DNA of 64,000 bases from Squalus acanthias (GCA_030390025.1 CM059432.1:10168001-10232000), one strand, 5' to 3'; counted from the first letter of the stretch, positions 48,337 to 60,995 are shown. Notes: generated by a model from the letters alone, not told the origin. A program made the numbers and translations.

Positions 48337-49112
48337 GGCCCCGATATTGACAGGGGCGGGTTTTCCAAATGGGGGGTGGAGTTTCGGTCGGGAAACCCGG
48401 AGGTTTTAACTCTACAGCATGCGTATTTTTTTTGAAAGGATCCCCGCCCGGAAGTCAGCCTCATTGACAGGCATGGCTTCCAGCTGGGCAGGGAGGACTC
48501 CAGAGCAGGTCGCAGCCCCAAGATAAGGAGCCTGCAGCTGCTAGTAGGAGCGTGGGAGCATGGGATGAGGTCCGATCCCACTCCCGGAGGAGAGGTCTGA
48601 TGCCGGGGTGGGGTCCGATCCCCGATCCCCGATCGGTGGGGTTCGGTCTCCGATCGGGGTGGTGGGGGGGGGTCTTTGAATGAGGGGTCTAATGGGGGTG
48701 GAGCCCCATTCCAGGGAACCAGGTAAGCTTGGGGCGGGGGGGAACGGTGGGGTGGGGGAGGAAGCACTCCTGCTCATCCTGGCCCACAAGCAGTGCTGTA
48801 AAGGCACTTACCTTTTCCCCGAAGCTGTCCTCGCTTGCCTTGAGCTGCCAGGTTTCCCGAGGCCTGGGACACCCAGCTGGCCAGGGTTAAACCTGGAAGA
48901 CAGGTTAAATGTGAGGCTCCCAGCCTCATTATAATATTTAAATGGCCAACCCACCTCCTGGGAGTGGGTTGGCTGCCCACCCCCTGTCCTGCCTCCATTA
49001 AACCCGGAAGTGGGCAGGTTGGAGGCGGCTTGGGGTCAGGTTTGAGATTTTTTTAATTTTTACATCCTACCTGACCCCAACCCCTCCATTTTTGGAGGTT
49101 AAAATTCACCCC
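48337..49112. mobile_element. GC-rich non-autonomous DNA element (inverted relative to 6041-6958)
   Basis: Ends ggccccgatatt and ggttaaaattcaccc. Confidence 0.65.
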
Positions 49113-50127
49113 TCTGTTTCCTCAGCAAACAGCAAACAGAGTCTATTTAAACAGAGTCCCGATGAACTACAGCAAACAGAACTCATGACCCAAGCTACAG
49201 CAAAATCTCCCGATCTCCCGATTAAAGCAGAAAAATGTAGTGAGTGGAAGATGGTTACATAATACAAATTATGCGTGTAAAATCAATCCCAGTCACTTAC
49301 AGCAGTGTGGGCTCCAGGTTTGATTGATAGGGGGGGGAAATTACCTAATCATCTCCATTCTGGCCGGGACTTGTAGTGTCAACATGCGCAGCCAAGCAGA
49401 AAAGCCTTGATTGAGAAAGTCGGCCGTGCAAAATGTACACGGGAAACGCTGCTGCCAACAAGTGAGCCGTGACTCAGAAAGTGACTGTAGTGATGGTGCT
49501 TTAACTAAGCTTGCCCATACGCCCATGATATCGCGATCCTAAGCACAATTTGATAGCAACACACTAGTCAGTCTCAAAAATAGATTCTCTGCTGGGCCCT
49601 GATAGCAGCCAAACATCCAGCCCAGACTGTTAAGCCTGCTTAGGATGTCGTTGGCTCTGAGAAAGGTGACGTTTATAATGGGTTTTCTGGAGTAGGAGGG
49701 GAGCGGCGAGAGGGTTTTAGGATATGGAAAGGCCGATAGATTCATGGGAAGTTTAATCTTTAAATCAAACCTTTATTGGTGTATAATCAGTGCAAGCAAA
49801 TTTGAATACAAATCAAGTGAATCAGTGTAAAGTACGATTCGAGGACCTGCAAGGGACAAACATGTACTTGTAAGATTACCTGTCAGAATGTGTGTAATCT
49901 TAACTGAGCCGCTCCTTTGAGAATTGCTAAAGGTGTCTGCATGCATTTGTCAGCTACTGCACGTGGAGTGTCATTTTCAATTTGCAGGCTCGCTACAAGG
50001 CGCAAAGCAAAAGAGGCAACATTTTCGCTCGATGCTAACACGAATGTTAAGAGCGATTCATGGTGCCATATTATTGAAATCTATATTATGTATTGCTGTT
50101 AAATTTCATTACCTATATCTCTAGAAA

Positions 50128-50926
50128 TAAGAACATAAGAAATAGGAGCAGGAATAGGCCACTTGGCCCCTCGAGCCTGCTCCGCCATTCAATAAGATCA
50201 TGGCTGATCTCGGGCTCAAAGCCACTTCCCAGCCCACTCCCCATAACCCTTCACCCCCTTACCTTGCAAAAATTTGTCTATCTCCACCTTAAATATATTT
50301 AATGACCCAGCCTCCACAGCTCTCTGGGGCAGAGAATTCCACACATTTACGACCCTCTGAGAGAAGAAGTTCCTCCTCATCTCAGTTCTAAAAGGGCGAC
50401 CATTTATTCTGAGACTGTGCCCCCGAGTTCTAGATTTCCTCACGAGGGGAAACATCCTCTCTGCATCTACCCTGTCGAGCCCCCTCAGTATCTTATATGT
50501 TTCGATACGATCACCTCTCATTCTTCTAAATTCCAATGAGTATAGGCCCAACCTGCTCAACCTTTCCTCATAAGTCAAACCCCTCATCTCTGGATATAAC
50601 CTAGTGAATCGTCTCTGAACTGCCTCCAATGCAAGTATATCCTTCCTTAAATAAGGAGACCAAAACTGTACACAGTACTCCAGTACCTTGTACAGTTGTA
50701 GCAGGACTTCCCTGCTTTTATACTCCAACCCGTTTCAAATAAAGGCCAACATTCCATTTGCCATCCTAATTACTTGCTGTACCTGCATGCTAACTTTTTG
50801 TGTTTCATGCACAAGGACCCCCAAGACCCTCTGAACTGTAGCATTTTGTAATCTCTCTCCATTTAAATAATAGCTTGCTTTTTTATTTTTCCTGCCAAAG
50901 TGGATAACCTCGCACTTTCCCACATT
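50128..50926 (-). mobile_element. CR1 3' fragment
   Basis: Same subfamily as 1708-2378. Confidence 0.9.
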
Positions 50927-51182
50927 ACTCACACTTGAACTGAAAACTTGGTCCAGGACATGTTTTTTTTGTTGCATCATTAGGCTGTGAGGCCGGCTGA
51001 TTGCAAAGCGCTGGAAAATAAAGCGGGCAATTTCCCACCGAATGTATGGAATTAACACATTTTTTTTTTAAAAAGCTGTAGGTTGCACAAAGTCTATAGG
51101 GACAGGGATCTGTATATATATTTTTTTAAATGTCTAGTTCAAACACTTTGAAACAGAGGGGAGAACATAGGCAGAAAAAGCT

Positions 51183-51205
51183 ACACACACACACACACAC
51201 ACCAC
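51183..51205. repeat. (CA)n microsatellite
   Basis: acacacac run. Confidence 0.9.
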
Positions 51206-51536
51206 AGTATATAAATGTGTTCTTTCACCCAGCTTAATACCACCCTGGCTAAGCCTCATGTTTGACCCCTATACGTGCCCGAACCTGATTTTATGTCAGT
51301 TTGACTGTACGCTCACCCATGCCTAAGTAGCTCGCTCTACCGGCAGCAAGGACAAAAATAAACACACAGCGTAAAACCACTGAACTGCGTCGGCAGCCAC
51401 CGAGACTGTTACATTTTACTTTGTTTAATGAAGGAACACAAAACGGAACAGAAGTTTCCTTCCCCTGAGGGCTGGCTGGTGCCACATCCATCATCCAATG
51501 GTTTATGTAACTCAGGCTGAGCAAGAAAGAAACGAA

Positions 51537-52272
51537 AGACTTGCGTTTTATACAGCGCCTTTCACGACCACCGGACGTCCCAAAGCGCTTTGCAGCCAAT
51601 GAAGTCGTTTTTGGAGTCACTGTTGTGATGTAGGAAACGCGGCAGCCAATTTGCGCACAGCAAGCTCCCACAAACAGCAATGTGATAACGACCACAGTCT
51701 CAGGATACGGGGTAGGACATTTAGGACTGAGATGAGGAGAAATTTCTTCACTCAGAGGGAGGTGAACCTGTGGAATTCTCTACCCCAGAAGTCTGTGGAG
51801 GCCAAGTCACTGAATATATTTAAGAAGGAGATAGATAGATTTCTAGACACAAAAGGCATCAAGGGGTGTGGGGAGAGAGCGGGAATATGGTATTGAGATA
51901 GAGGATCAGCCATGATCGTGTTAAATGGCGGAGCAGGCTCAAAGGGCCGAATGGCCTACTCCTGCTCTTATGTTTCTATGTTTCTAGATAATCTGCTTTA
52001 TTTTAGTGATGTTGATTGAGGGATAAATATTGGCCAGGACACCGAGGATAACGCCCCTGCTCTTCTTCAAAATAGTGGCCATGGGATCTTTTACGTCCAC
52101 CTGAGTGAGCAGACGGGGCCTCGGTTTAACGTCTCATCCAAAAGACGGCACCTCCAACAGTGCAGCGCTACCTCAGCACTGCCCTGGAGTGTCAGCCTGG
52201 ATTTTTGTGCTCAAGTCTCTAGAGTGGGTACTTGAACCCACAACCTTCTGACCCAGAGGCGAGAGTGCTACC
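51537..52272 (-). mobile_element. SacSINE1-like SINE interrupted by a plus-strand CR1 tail (about 51690-51985)
   Basis: The two SINE halves flank a CR1 3' end. Confidence 0.78.
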
Positions 52273-53243
52273 CACTGAGCCACAGCTGACACTGGCAGGA
52301 TTCAACAGGGCAGGAGGGAGTCATTTTGACTTTGGATGATGGGCTGAGCTGGATAGATTTTCGATGGGTAAGGTTATCAAGGGATATGGAGCAAAGGCGG
52401 GTAAATGGAGTTGAGGTACAGATCAGCCGTTTCTCAAGGGTCTGAGTGGCCTACTCCTGTTCCTATGTTAGTGCAGAACGGCTGACGTCTGATCAGCCGC
52501 CCATTACACATCTCTCCCAACTTTCATTTCTATTGAAGTCAATGTATAACGGGCGGCAGAATCCGTAGCACCCGTTTTGCATCATCGCACAAAATCAAAA
52601 AGACTCTCAATATCTGCAGAAAACAAATTAAGCCATTTGTTTTACAAATAAAATTTGAAGAAAATGTTGCAGGTGGAAACAAAATCATTAAGTCCAACTT
52701 CAAGTCCTATTAAAACAATACGTGCCGCTGTGTTTAACATAAGACATGCTGGCGTCTTCCAACAACGGGCTCACAGATCGAGCAGGCATGATACACCCTC
52801 ATGGTGTGGCAGTCAAAGAGAGCAGGCATGAATTTGTTGAAAAGCCCCATGGGACACTACGCTCAGCTGTAACTTGAAGTGAAAATGCTATTTCGCCTCC
52901 AAAGCCTTGGCCTCCCAATTATCACTTGGCAAATGAGCAACAGCGCCGACAGAACATGCAAATTCAAGCTGTGTTCGATGACGGGACTTCCACAAAGAGA
53001 AGTGCCGTACTGGAAACCAACAACTAACTCTATTATTACCGCTAGGGTTAGAGAATCGTGAAAGAGAGTCCAAGCAAGCTGGAATCCTTGATGAGTCAAG
53101 TTTGATTTTTAAACTCATTTATTCTATCCCTTTTAGTGAAATCAGCTGTCATTTGTTTGCCTGGGGACGCAACAAGGAAGTATTACAAAGAACGACATAG
53201 AATACAGAACAGAAACAGGCCATTCGGCCCAACTGGGGTGCAA

Positions 53244-53410
53244 CCTTGAAATTAGAGCTAGGCCGTTCAGGGGTGATGTTAGGAAGCACTTCTTCACACA
53301 AAGGGTGGTGGAAATCGGGAACTCTCTCCCCCCAAAAAGACTGGGGCTCAATTGAAAGTTTCAAAACTGAAATTGATAGATTTTTGTTAGGCAAGGGTAT
53401 TAAGGGTTAC
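53244..53410 (+). mobile_element. CR1 3' tail, first half (second half at 60150-60255)
   Basis: ...aagggtattaagggttac joins ggaaccaaggcgggtagatggag; compare the contiguous tail at 52365-52430. Confidence 0.65.
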
Positions 53411-53875
53411 AACAACAACAACTTGTATTTATATAGCACCTTTAACATAGTAAAACGTCCCAAGGCGCTTCACAGGAGTGTTATAAGTCAAAAAATTGAA
53501 ACCGAGCCACATAAGAAATTAGGGCAGGTGACGAGGTAGGCTTCATGGAGCGTCTTAAAGAAGGAAAGAGAGGTAGAGAGGCGGAGATGTTTAGCAGGGA
53601 ATTCCAGAGCTTAGGGCCTAGGCCACTGAAGGCACGGCCACCAATGGTTGAGTGATTGTAATCAGGGATGCTCAAGAGGGCAGAATTTGACGAGCGCAGA
53701 TATCTCGGGGGGTGTTGTGGGGCTGAAGGAGATTAGAGAGATAGGAAGGGGCGAGGCCATGGAGGGATTTGAAAACAAGGATGAGAATTTTGAAATCGAG
53801 GTGTTGCTAAACCGGGAGCCAGTGTAGGTCAGCGAGCACAGGGGTGATGGGTGAACGGGACTTGGTGCGAGTTAG
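53410..53875 (-). mobile_element. L2 3' fragment
   Basis: Matches 37353-37754 plus 39384-39455. Confidence 0.82.
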
Positions 53876-53890
53876 TTGTTGTTGTTATTG

Positions 53891-54187
53891 TGTAGGGGTG
53901 GTGGGTTTGTCGGCCTTTTACAATGGCCTTGACGGTTCGAATCGTCCCACTCCCTGGTTCTGGAGCTTGGAATTATTTGGGGGATGTGATAGATGTCGGC
54001 AGACAATTGTTTGGCGCAAGAACAAATATTTTATTTAGAAATCGCACATCACATGAATTAACTAAACAAAACCGCCTACGCAACGGGTACAGAGGTTATG
54101 CAGTTAGAGGAAAAAAAAGAAATAAAACCACCTCCCACCACTACACTAATTAAGTTAGGCTCTGAAATTTCAGGGACTATGCTCACA
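53891..54187 (-). repeat. Putative 3' end (R/U5) of the LTR of the env-bearing element
   Basis: Minus strand has AATAAA at about 54030 and ends CCCCTACA, like the solo-LTR end CCCCTTACA. Confidence 0.55.
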
Positions 54188-54277
54188 TAGAAACATAGAA
54201 GATAGGAGCAGGAGTAGGCCATTCGGCCCCTCGAGCCTGCTTCGCCATTCGATGAGATCATGGCTGATCATCCAAAC

Positions 54278-57225
54278 TCAGTACCCTGTACCTGCCTTCT
54301 CCCCATATCCTTTGATACCTTTAGCTTTAAGAAATATATCTAACTCATTCTTGAATATATTTAATGACTTGGCCTCAACTACCTTCTGTGGTAGAGAATT
54401 CCACAGGTTCACCACTCTCTGGGTGAAGAAATTCCTCCTCATTTCTGTCCTAAATGGCTTACCCCTTATCCTTAGATTATGACCCTGGTTCTGGACTCTC
54501 CGACCATCGGGAACATTCTTCCTGCATCCAGTCTGTCCAGACCTGTCAGAATTTTATATGTTTCGATGAGATCCCCTCTCATTCTTCTATACTCCAGCGA
54601 GTATAAGCCCAATCGACCCAATCTCTCCTCATATGTCATTCCTGCCATCCCAGGTATCAGTCTTGTGAATCTTCGCTGAACTCCTTCCATGGCAAGAACA
54701 TCCTTCCTCAGATAAGGCGACCAAAACTGCACACAGTACTCAAGATGTGGTCTCACAAAGGCCCTGTACAACTGCAGCAGGACATCCCTGTCCCTATACT
54801 CAAACACTTTCGCTATGAAGGCCAACATACCATTTGCCTTCTTCACCGCCTTCTGCACCTGCATGCTTACCTTCAGCGACTGGTGCACAAGGACACCCAG
54901 GTCTCGTTGCACTTCCCCTTCTCCCAATCTATTGTCATTCAGATAATAGTCTGCCTTTCTGTTTTTGACACCAAAGTGGATAACCTCGCATTTATCCACG
55001 TTATAGTGCATCACCCAACCTATCCAAATCATCCTGGAGTTTCTCGGTATCCTCCTCGCAGCACACACTCCCACCCAGCTTTGTGTCATCTGCAAACTTG
55101 GAGATATTACATTTAGTTCCCTTATCTAGATCATTAATGTATATTGTGAATAGCTGGGGTCCTAGGACCGATCCCTGCAGTAACCCACCAGTCACTGCTT
55201 GCCACTCGGAAAAAGACCCATTAATTCCTACTCTCTGCTTTCTGTCCGCCAACCAGTTCTCTATCCAAGTCAATACCTTGCCCCCAATCCCATGTGCCTC
55301 AACTTTACACGCTAATCTCTTATGCGGGACCTTATCGAAAGCCTTTTGAAAGTCCAAATACACCACATCTACTGGTTCTCCCTTATCTATTTTCCCAGTT
55401 ACATCCTCAAAAAATTCCAGTAGATTAGTCAAGCACGATTTACCTTTTGTAAATCCATGTTGACTTTGTCCGATCCTGTCACTGTTTTTCAAGTGCTCAG
55501 CTATTACATCCTTTATAATGGACTCTAGCATTTTCCCCACTACCGATTTCAGGCTTACCGGTCTGTAATTCCCCGCTTTCTCTCTACCACCCTTTTTGAA
55601 TAGTGGGGTAACATTAGCTACCCTCCAATCCATGGGTACAGTTCCAGATTCCATCGAATGTTGGAAGATGATCAGCAATGCATCTACTATTTCTAGGGCC
55701 ACTTCCTTAAGTACCCTAGGATGTAGATTATCAGGCCCTGGGGATTTATTGGCCTTCAACCCCGTCAATTTCCCTAACACCATTTCCCTGCAAATACTGA
55801 TTTCTTTCAGTTCCTCCCTTTCTTCAGACCCTATGTTCTCCAACATCTCTGGGAGGTTATTTGTGTCCTCCTTTGTGAAGACAGAACCAAAATATGCATT
55901 TAATTGGACTGCCATTTCTTTGTTCCCCATTATAACTTCGCCCGCTTCTGACTGCAAGGGACCTACACTTGATTTCACTAATCTTTTTCTCTTCACATAT
56001 CTATAAAAGCTCTTACAGTCAGTTTTTATGTTCCCAGCAAGCTTACTTTCATATTCTATTTTCCCCTTCTTAATTAATCCCTTTGTCCTCCTTTGTTGAA
56101 TCCTAAACTGCTCCCAAGCCTCAGGGCTACCGCTTTTTCTGGCCAATTTATATGCCCTCTCCTTGGATCTTATGCTATCCCTAATTTCCCTTGTTAGCCA
56201 CGGTTGAGTCACCCTTTTTGTTTTATTCTTATGCCACACTGAGATGAACAAATTCTGTAGTTCATCCATGCAGTCTTTGAATGTTTGCCATTGCCTGTCC
56301 ACCGTCAACCCTTTGAGTGACATTCCCCAATCAATCCTACCCAATTCGCGCCTCATACCATTGTAGTTTCCTTTATTTAAATTCAGGACCCTAGTCTCTG
56401 ATTCAACTACTTCACTCTCCATCCTAATGAAGAATTCTATCATATTATGATCACTCTGACCCAAGGGGCCTCGTAGAACAAGATTGCTAATTAATCCTTT
56501 CTCGTTACATAATACCCAGTCTAAGATGGCCTGATCTCTGGTTGGTTCCTCGACATATTGTTCCAGAAAACCATTCCGTAAACATTCTAGGAATTCCTCC
56601 TCCACAGTATTTTTACTAATTTGGTTAGCCCAATCTATATGTAAATTAAAGTCACCCATGATGACTGCTGTGCCCTTACTGCATGCTTCTCTAATTTCCC
56701 TTTTAATGCCGTCCCCAACCTCCGTATTACTGTTTGGAGGTCTATATACCACTCCCACTAATGTTTTCTGCCCCTTGTTATTTCTCAGTTCTACCCATAC
56801 AGATTCCGCATCATCAGAGCTAATATCCTTCTTTTCAATTGTGTTAATCCCCTCTTTAACCAGCAATGCTACCCCACCTCCCTTTCTTTTTTGCCTATCT
56901 TTCCTAAATATTGAATAACCTGGATGTTGAGTTCCCAGCCTTGGCCACCCTGGAGCCATGTTTCTGTAATCCCAATCAAATCATATTCATTTACCTCTAT
57001 TTGTGCGGCTAATTCATCCACCTTGTTCCGAATGCTCCTTGCATTAAGACACAAAGCCTTCAGGCTTGTTTTTTTAACGCTCTCAGACCTATTAGAATTA
57101 TTATTTACTGTGACCATGTTTGATTTAAACCGTTGAGTTCTTTGCCTTCTACTTTTGTTTTTCTCCTTCCTGTCTTTTGCTTTTATCCTTGTTTCCCTTT
57201 CCTCTGTCTCCCTGCTCAGATTCAA
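54278..57225 (-). pseudogene. CR1 ORF2 APE+RT with three small lesions
   Basis: Relative to the 27640-30501 copy: 1-nt deletion near 56920, about 20-nt deletion near 55010, 1-nt deletion near 54484. Confidence 0.9.
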
Positions 57226-57240
57226 AAACCCCCTGCCACT

Positions 57241-58191
57241 TTAGTTTAAACCCTCCCCAACAGCACTAGCAAACACTCCCCCTAGGACATCGGTCCCGGC
57301 CCTGCCCAGGTGCAGACCGTCCCGTTTGTACTGGTCCCACCTCCCCCAGAACCGGTTCCAATGTCCAAGGAATTTGAATCCCTCCCCTTTGCACCATTCC
57401 TCTAGCCAAGTATTCATCTGAAATATCCTTCTATTTCTACTGTGACTAGCACGTGGCACTGGTAGCAATCCTGAGATTACTACCTTTGAGGTCCTATTTT
57501 TAAATTTACCTCCTAACTCCCTATATTCTGCTTTTAGGACCTCATCCCGCTTTTTACCTATATCGTTGGTACCTATATGCACCACGACAACTGGCTGTTC
57601 ACCCTCCCCTTCCAAAATGCTCTGTAGCCGCTCTGAGACATCCTTGACCCTTGCACCAGGGAGGCAACATACCATCCTGGAGTCTTGTTTGTGGCCGCAG
57701 AAACGCCTATCTATTCCCCTTACAATAGAATCCCCTATCACTATAGCTCTCCCACTCTTTTTCCTCCCATCCTGTGCAGCAGAACCACCTATGGTGCTAG
57801 GAAGTTGGCTGCTGCTGTCTTCCCCTGATAAGCCATCTCCCTCAACAATATCCAAAGCGGTATATCTGTTTGAGAGGGGCATGGCCACAGGGGAACCCTG
57901 CACTACCTGCCTGTGCCTATTACTCTGCCTGGTGGTCACCCATTCCCTTCCTGCCTGTACACCCTTTACCTGCGGTGTGACCAACTCCCTAAACGTGCTA
58001 TCCACGAGGTCCTCAGCATCGTGAATGCTCCAGTATGCATCCATCCGCAGCTCCAGTGCCGCAATGCGGTCTGTCAGTAGCTGCAGCTGGATACACCTCC
58101 CGCACACATGGTTGTCAGGGACACAGGAAGTGTCCCTGATTTCCCACATAGTGCAGGAAGAGCATGTCACAGCACCGAGCTGTCCTGCCAT
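57241..58191 (-). CDS. CR1 ORF1 protein, 316 aa (CxxC/CxxC, coiled coil, SGNH esterase)
   Basis: CSSC..CGRC, LLTDRIAALELRM, GDSIVRG, GTND and DGLHL. Confidence 0.9.
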   Translation of the reverse strand: MAGQLGAVTCSSCTMWEIRDTSCVPDNHVCGRCIQLQLLTDRIAALELRMDAYWSIHDAEDLVDSTFRELVTPQVKGVQAGREWVTTRQSNRHRQVVQGSPVAMPLSNRYTALDIVEGDGLSGEDSSSQLPSTIGGSAAQDGRKKSGRAIVIGDSIVRGIDRRFCGHKQDSRMVCCLPGARVKDVSERLQSILEGEGEQPVVVVHIGTNDIGKKRDEVLKAEYRELGGKFKNRTSKVVISGLLPVPRASHSRNRRIFQMNTWLEEWCKGEGFKFLGHWNRFWGRWDQYKRDGLHLGRAGTDVLGGVFASAVGEGLN

Positions 58192-58536
58192 GACTTACCC
58201 TTTAATTAATTAATTAATTAAAATTAAATTAAAATTAAATGGATCCCACCAATTACACTGGAATTAAGTGATATACTCAAGGGCCCTTGCTTAACAGTAG
58301 TCCCCACTACACAAAGAGACCGTAGAAACCACAAAATTTAAGTTTAGAAAAATTGAGAAAGAAAACACTCACCAACCAATCACTTACCTGCTTTTTGGTG
58401 ACGACACACTACGAATACTTTTTGCTTCCCTCTCCCGGAACCTGGATTTGTAAACCACCTCGGGGCTCACCTTAAGTACCGCCGCTCGCCGTCTCTGTTC
58501 CCTCGCAGGTCCGCCGCCTCTGCCGCCTTGCCGCTC

Positions 58537-59176
58537 TAGGCCAGGGTTTTTCTGGATAGCCATTTTAAGAACCATTAAAATATGTATGTCTCTGGGTCCC
58601 TGGTAAGTGGGCTTTTGTTAGACTGCTAATGTCTCCCTGGGGGCCTGCCTCCCAGGTGGGTTAGCAGCCCTATAAGGATTCCCATTTTCCTGTGCAGACC
58701 CGGCATATAATTTAAAATGTCCAAACTCAATCCAATAGGCCCTAGTTTAGTCCAAGGGCGCCTGATACTGAGATATTTCTGTCCACATTTCTCCTCCAAG
58801 AGGTCCAACACAGTCCCCTTTTAAATTCCAGACACATGTCCATTAAGTAGGGGGTCCCGGAATTTTGTGAATCCTGCAGTCCCGCCTTTGACACTATTCC
58901 CTTATAGTGTCACCGTTGGTGAACAAAATTCCGAATATCCCAGAGCCGAACCTTCCCTCAATTACCTAGTAATTGTAAAAAAAACCTCGACACATTACAT
59001 TTCCCTCATGAATACAGTACATCAAGTATGCCTTTTGTGTTACACGTTCCATTGGCCGAGGGGATCCGACCCCCCCCCCCGCCCCCCCAGTTATACATTC
59101 AATATATAACGCAGATTCTTCAAGGTACATTACAAACTTTCAGAGTAGACTCAAACATCACAAAATTTTACTTACA
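58537..59176 (-). repeat. Putative 5' part (U3) of the LTR of the env-bearing element
   Basis: Minus strand has a purine run aggggag followed by TGTAAG at 59176, downstream of the env-like stop. The left boundary is uncertain. Confidence 0.5.
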
Positions 59177-59421
59177 CTCCCCTAGGCGTACCTTACAGCC
59201 GGGAGGTCAGTTACGCATTAACCAAACACTCAGGTTACACACCACTTCTATAAAAAAAAATACAGCACTTTCCCTTTTAACCCAAACCCCTGCGCTTGTA
59301 CAGCAGGTGGTCTGGGACATTAAATTTAAATAGAAATCCCTGCGATCGTACTGCCGTGCCTCATATCTCTGTTCCATGTTTTTCTCCCCCCGCCCCTCCA
59401 CACACATGTCTCGCAGCCTAT

Positions 59422-60147
59422 TCAGGGCTCATCGAATACCCTCTGGTGCCAGGATCGGTGGCCTTTCTTCCTCTTCCTGAAACTAGTCCACAGTAAATAC
59501 ACTACAATGCCAAGCTGACACAAAACAAGAGTATGGGATGCAATCCGAATCCATGGAGGGACTTCTATGTCCTCCATCAAATCCCACCAGGGTGGAACTT
59601 TTATCTCTGTGATTTCACTCCCAATTTGCACTGTTTTCTGTTCTAGCGTGTAGAAATGTTTCTGGGACACTTCCACTGCCTTGAGCAGAGCGGTGAGATG
59701 TTCGGGCAGGGGGGGGATTGTATACCCGAAATGTGCAACGTAATTTTGCAGGTTTGTTACATTGCTCCTGACAGTGAGGTGAATGGTAGAGGGTTCAGGA
59801 ACGGGTAATATTCGTTCCTGGGCCACTTGAACTTCTGCTTCGGGTTTAAAACAGAAACTGCTTTCTCTCACCGGGCACCAGATGTAGGGTCCATGTTGAT
59901 AGTGGGGCGCACTGGTGGTGACACAATATGTCCCACCCCCTACGTATGCCACTTGTGGAGGAACGTGGTCTTGGGCCATCACCTCCATAGTGCAGTTGAC
60001 AGGCCGTGCGCCAGCAGCTTTAAACCCGCATTGTGATCTTGCATAGGCGTTCAAGTGCTGGGGGCACAGTATTACATGTGCACCCCAGCTCCGGCACCCG
60101 GAGAGGTCAGTACCTGTCATAGCGTGCTCCCACTTTATGACATAAGG
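59422..60147 (-). CDS. C-terminal half of a viral-type envelope/fusion glycoprotein (5'-truncated)
   Basis: Seven ectodomain Cys, sequons NCT and NVT, heptad-like LTALLKAVEVSQKHFYTLEQKTVQIGSEITEI, Trp-rich WWD..PW, TM LVLCQLGIVVYLLW and basic RKRKK tail; no stops. Confidence 0.75.
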   Translation of the reverse strand, partial: PYVIKWEHAMTGTDLSGCRSWGAHVILCPQHLNAYARSQCGFKAAGARPVNCTMEVMAQDHVPPQVAYVGGGTYCVTTSAPHYQHGPYIWCPVRESSFCFKPEAEVQVAQERILPVPEPSTIHLTVRSNVTNLQNYVAHFGYTIPPLPEHLTALLKAVEVSQKHFYTLEQKTVQIGSEITEIKVPPWWDLMEDIEVPPWIRIASHTLVLCQLGIVVYLLWTSFRKRKKGHRSWHQRVFDEP

Positions 60148-60653
60148 TGGAACCAAGGCGGGTAGATGGAGTTTGGATACAGATCAGCCATGATCTAATT
60201 GAATGGCGGAACAGGCTCGAGGGGCTGAATGGCCTCCTCCTGTTTCTGAGTTCCCAACAAGGGAGGCACGAACCTCACACCTGATATATAAAGTCAGTTA
60301 CTTGTCTTCTCCATGCAAATCATTGAGCTTGAACTGCTTCTTCCAGGCACTAAATAATGAGTAAGCTGAGCAATTGCTGTTGGTGTGTTATTGATGGTTT
60401 TGCTGGATAATATTTTCTGTTTTCTGAGAGTTACTAAACGTGTTGGCTAACCCCCCATTTTACTGTTTCCCCCGGAGCTGTGCTAAACCGTGCACTTTAA
60501 CTCCCGCACAATCGGCCACCCGATGAAGTGGAAGAATCAATATCAATGACAATCAGCGGCTCGCTGCAATTAGGAGCTATTTAAACAGCTGAGATAATGC
60601 GGCAAGGTCAGGGCAGCTGTTCAGCGAGTTAGGTACAAAAAATAAAGAAGGGG

Positions 60654-60995
60654 GCACAATCTTAAAGTCAGAGCTAGGCCGTTCAGGGGTGAAATCAGGA
60701 AGCACCTTATCCACACAGAGGGTGGTGGAAACCTGGGGCTCACTCCCCCCAAAAGGCTGTGGATGCTGGAGGTCAATTGAAAACTTCAGGACTGAGATTG
60801 ACAGATTTTTATTCGACGAGGGTATCCAGGGATAGGGTACAAACTCTTTGGGCCAAATGGCCTGTTTCCATGTTGTAATTTCTATGTTAAAAAGAAAGTA
60901 GGGAAAATGGAGTTGAGGTACACATCAGCCATGATCGCATCGAATGGCGGAACGGGCTCGAGGGGCTGAATGGCCTCCTCCTGCTCCTATGTTCC
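60654..60995 (+). mobile_element. CR1 3' tail fragments
   Basis: RGHNLKVRARPFR..., CR1 hairpin. Confidence 0.7.

Larger units (their letters stand above)
54188..58536 (-). mobile_element. Near full-length CR1 LINE
   Basis: GC-rich 5' UTR, intact ORF1, ORF2 and 3' tail; nearly identical to 26954-30600. Confidence 0.95.

Noticed and set aside
60148..60156. Start codon of the env-like ORF
   Set aside because: The first codons derive from the adjacent CR1 tail; the real gene is 5'-truncated.
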